From the human T2T-CHM13v2.0 reference genome, Homo sapiens, in assembly GCF_009914755.1 (NCBI RefSeq), contig NC_060930.1: DNA of 64,000 nt; one strand, written 5' to 3'. The notes under the pieces are model-generated. The model was not told the DNA's origin. It made no database searches and saw only the letters and a list, made by a program, of their open reading frames with translations. Numbering within the stretch: the stretch's first letter is position 1; every line of letters starts with the position of its first letter. The position numbers and the translations under genes were made by a program. Shown here one piece after another: positions 63,621 to 64,000 of this stretch.

Positions 63621-63936
<316 letters not shown>

Positions 63937-63978
63937 CACAGATTTTTTAATGCCAATGACATTACATAAAAAGCACTG

Positions 63979-64000
63979 TTGAACCCGGGAGGCAGAGGTT
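63979..64000 (+). mobile_element. Start of a 5'-truncated Alu right arm (runs off the window)
   Basis: ttgaacccgggaggcagaggtt. Confidence 0.75.

Overview
Human (primate) genomic DNA. The main feature is the complete SCUBE3 gene on the + strand. I reconstructed 22 coding exons from GT-AG junctions (ATG 7497 to TAG 41785). They sum to 2982 nt = 993 aa + stop: signal peptide, 9 EGF repeats, spacer, 3 Cys-rich repeats, CUB domain and a basic C-terminal tail. The gene has a CpG-island promoter (~6400-7850) and a ~4.4 kb 3'UTR ending near 46157. A second CpG island (~52010-53160) carries a probable first exon of the next + strand gene, most likely ZNF76 (from recalled 6p21.31 gene order; its coding exons are not in the window). 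The rest is Alu, MIR, L2, L1, MER and LTR repeats, including a Charlie-type hAT transposase fossil. I do not see a wholly new biological system. The best leads are: (1) a frame-preserving 48-nt cassette exon in SCUBE3 intron 6, followed by MBNL, QKI and RBFOX motifs, which would add a dibasic site and an N-glycosylation sequon; (2) a 47-bp TSD-flanked, poly(A)-tailed retro-insertion of unknown origin in the 3'UTR; (3) a NAGNAG acceptor at exon 5; (4) RFX-type sites at both promoters; (5) minus-strand splice donors suggesting a divergent transcript antisense to SCUBE3. Repeat family names and boundaries were judged by eye and are approximate.
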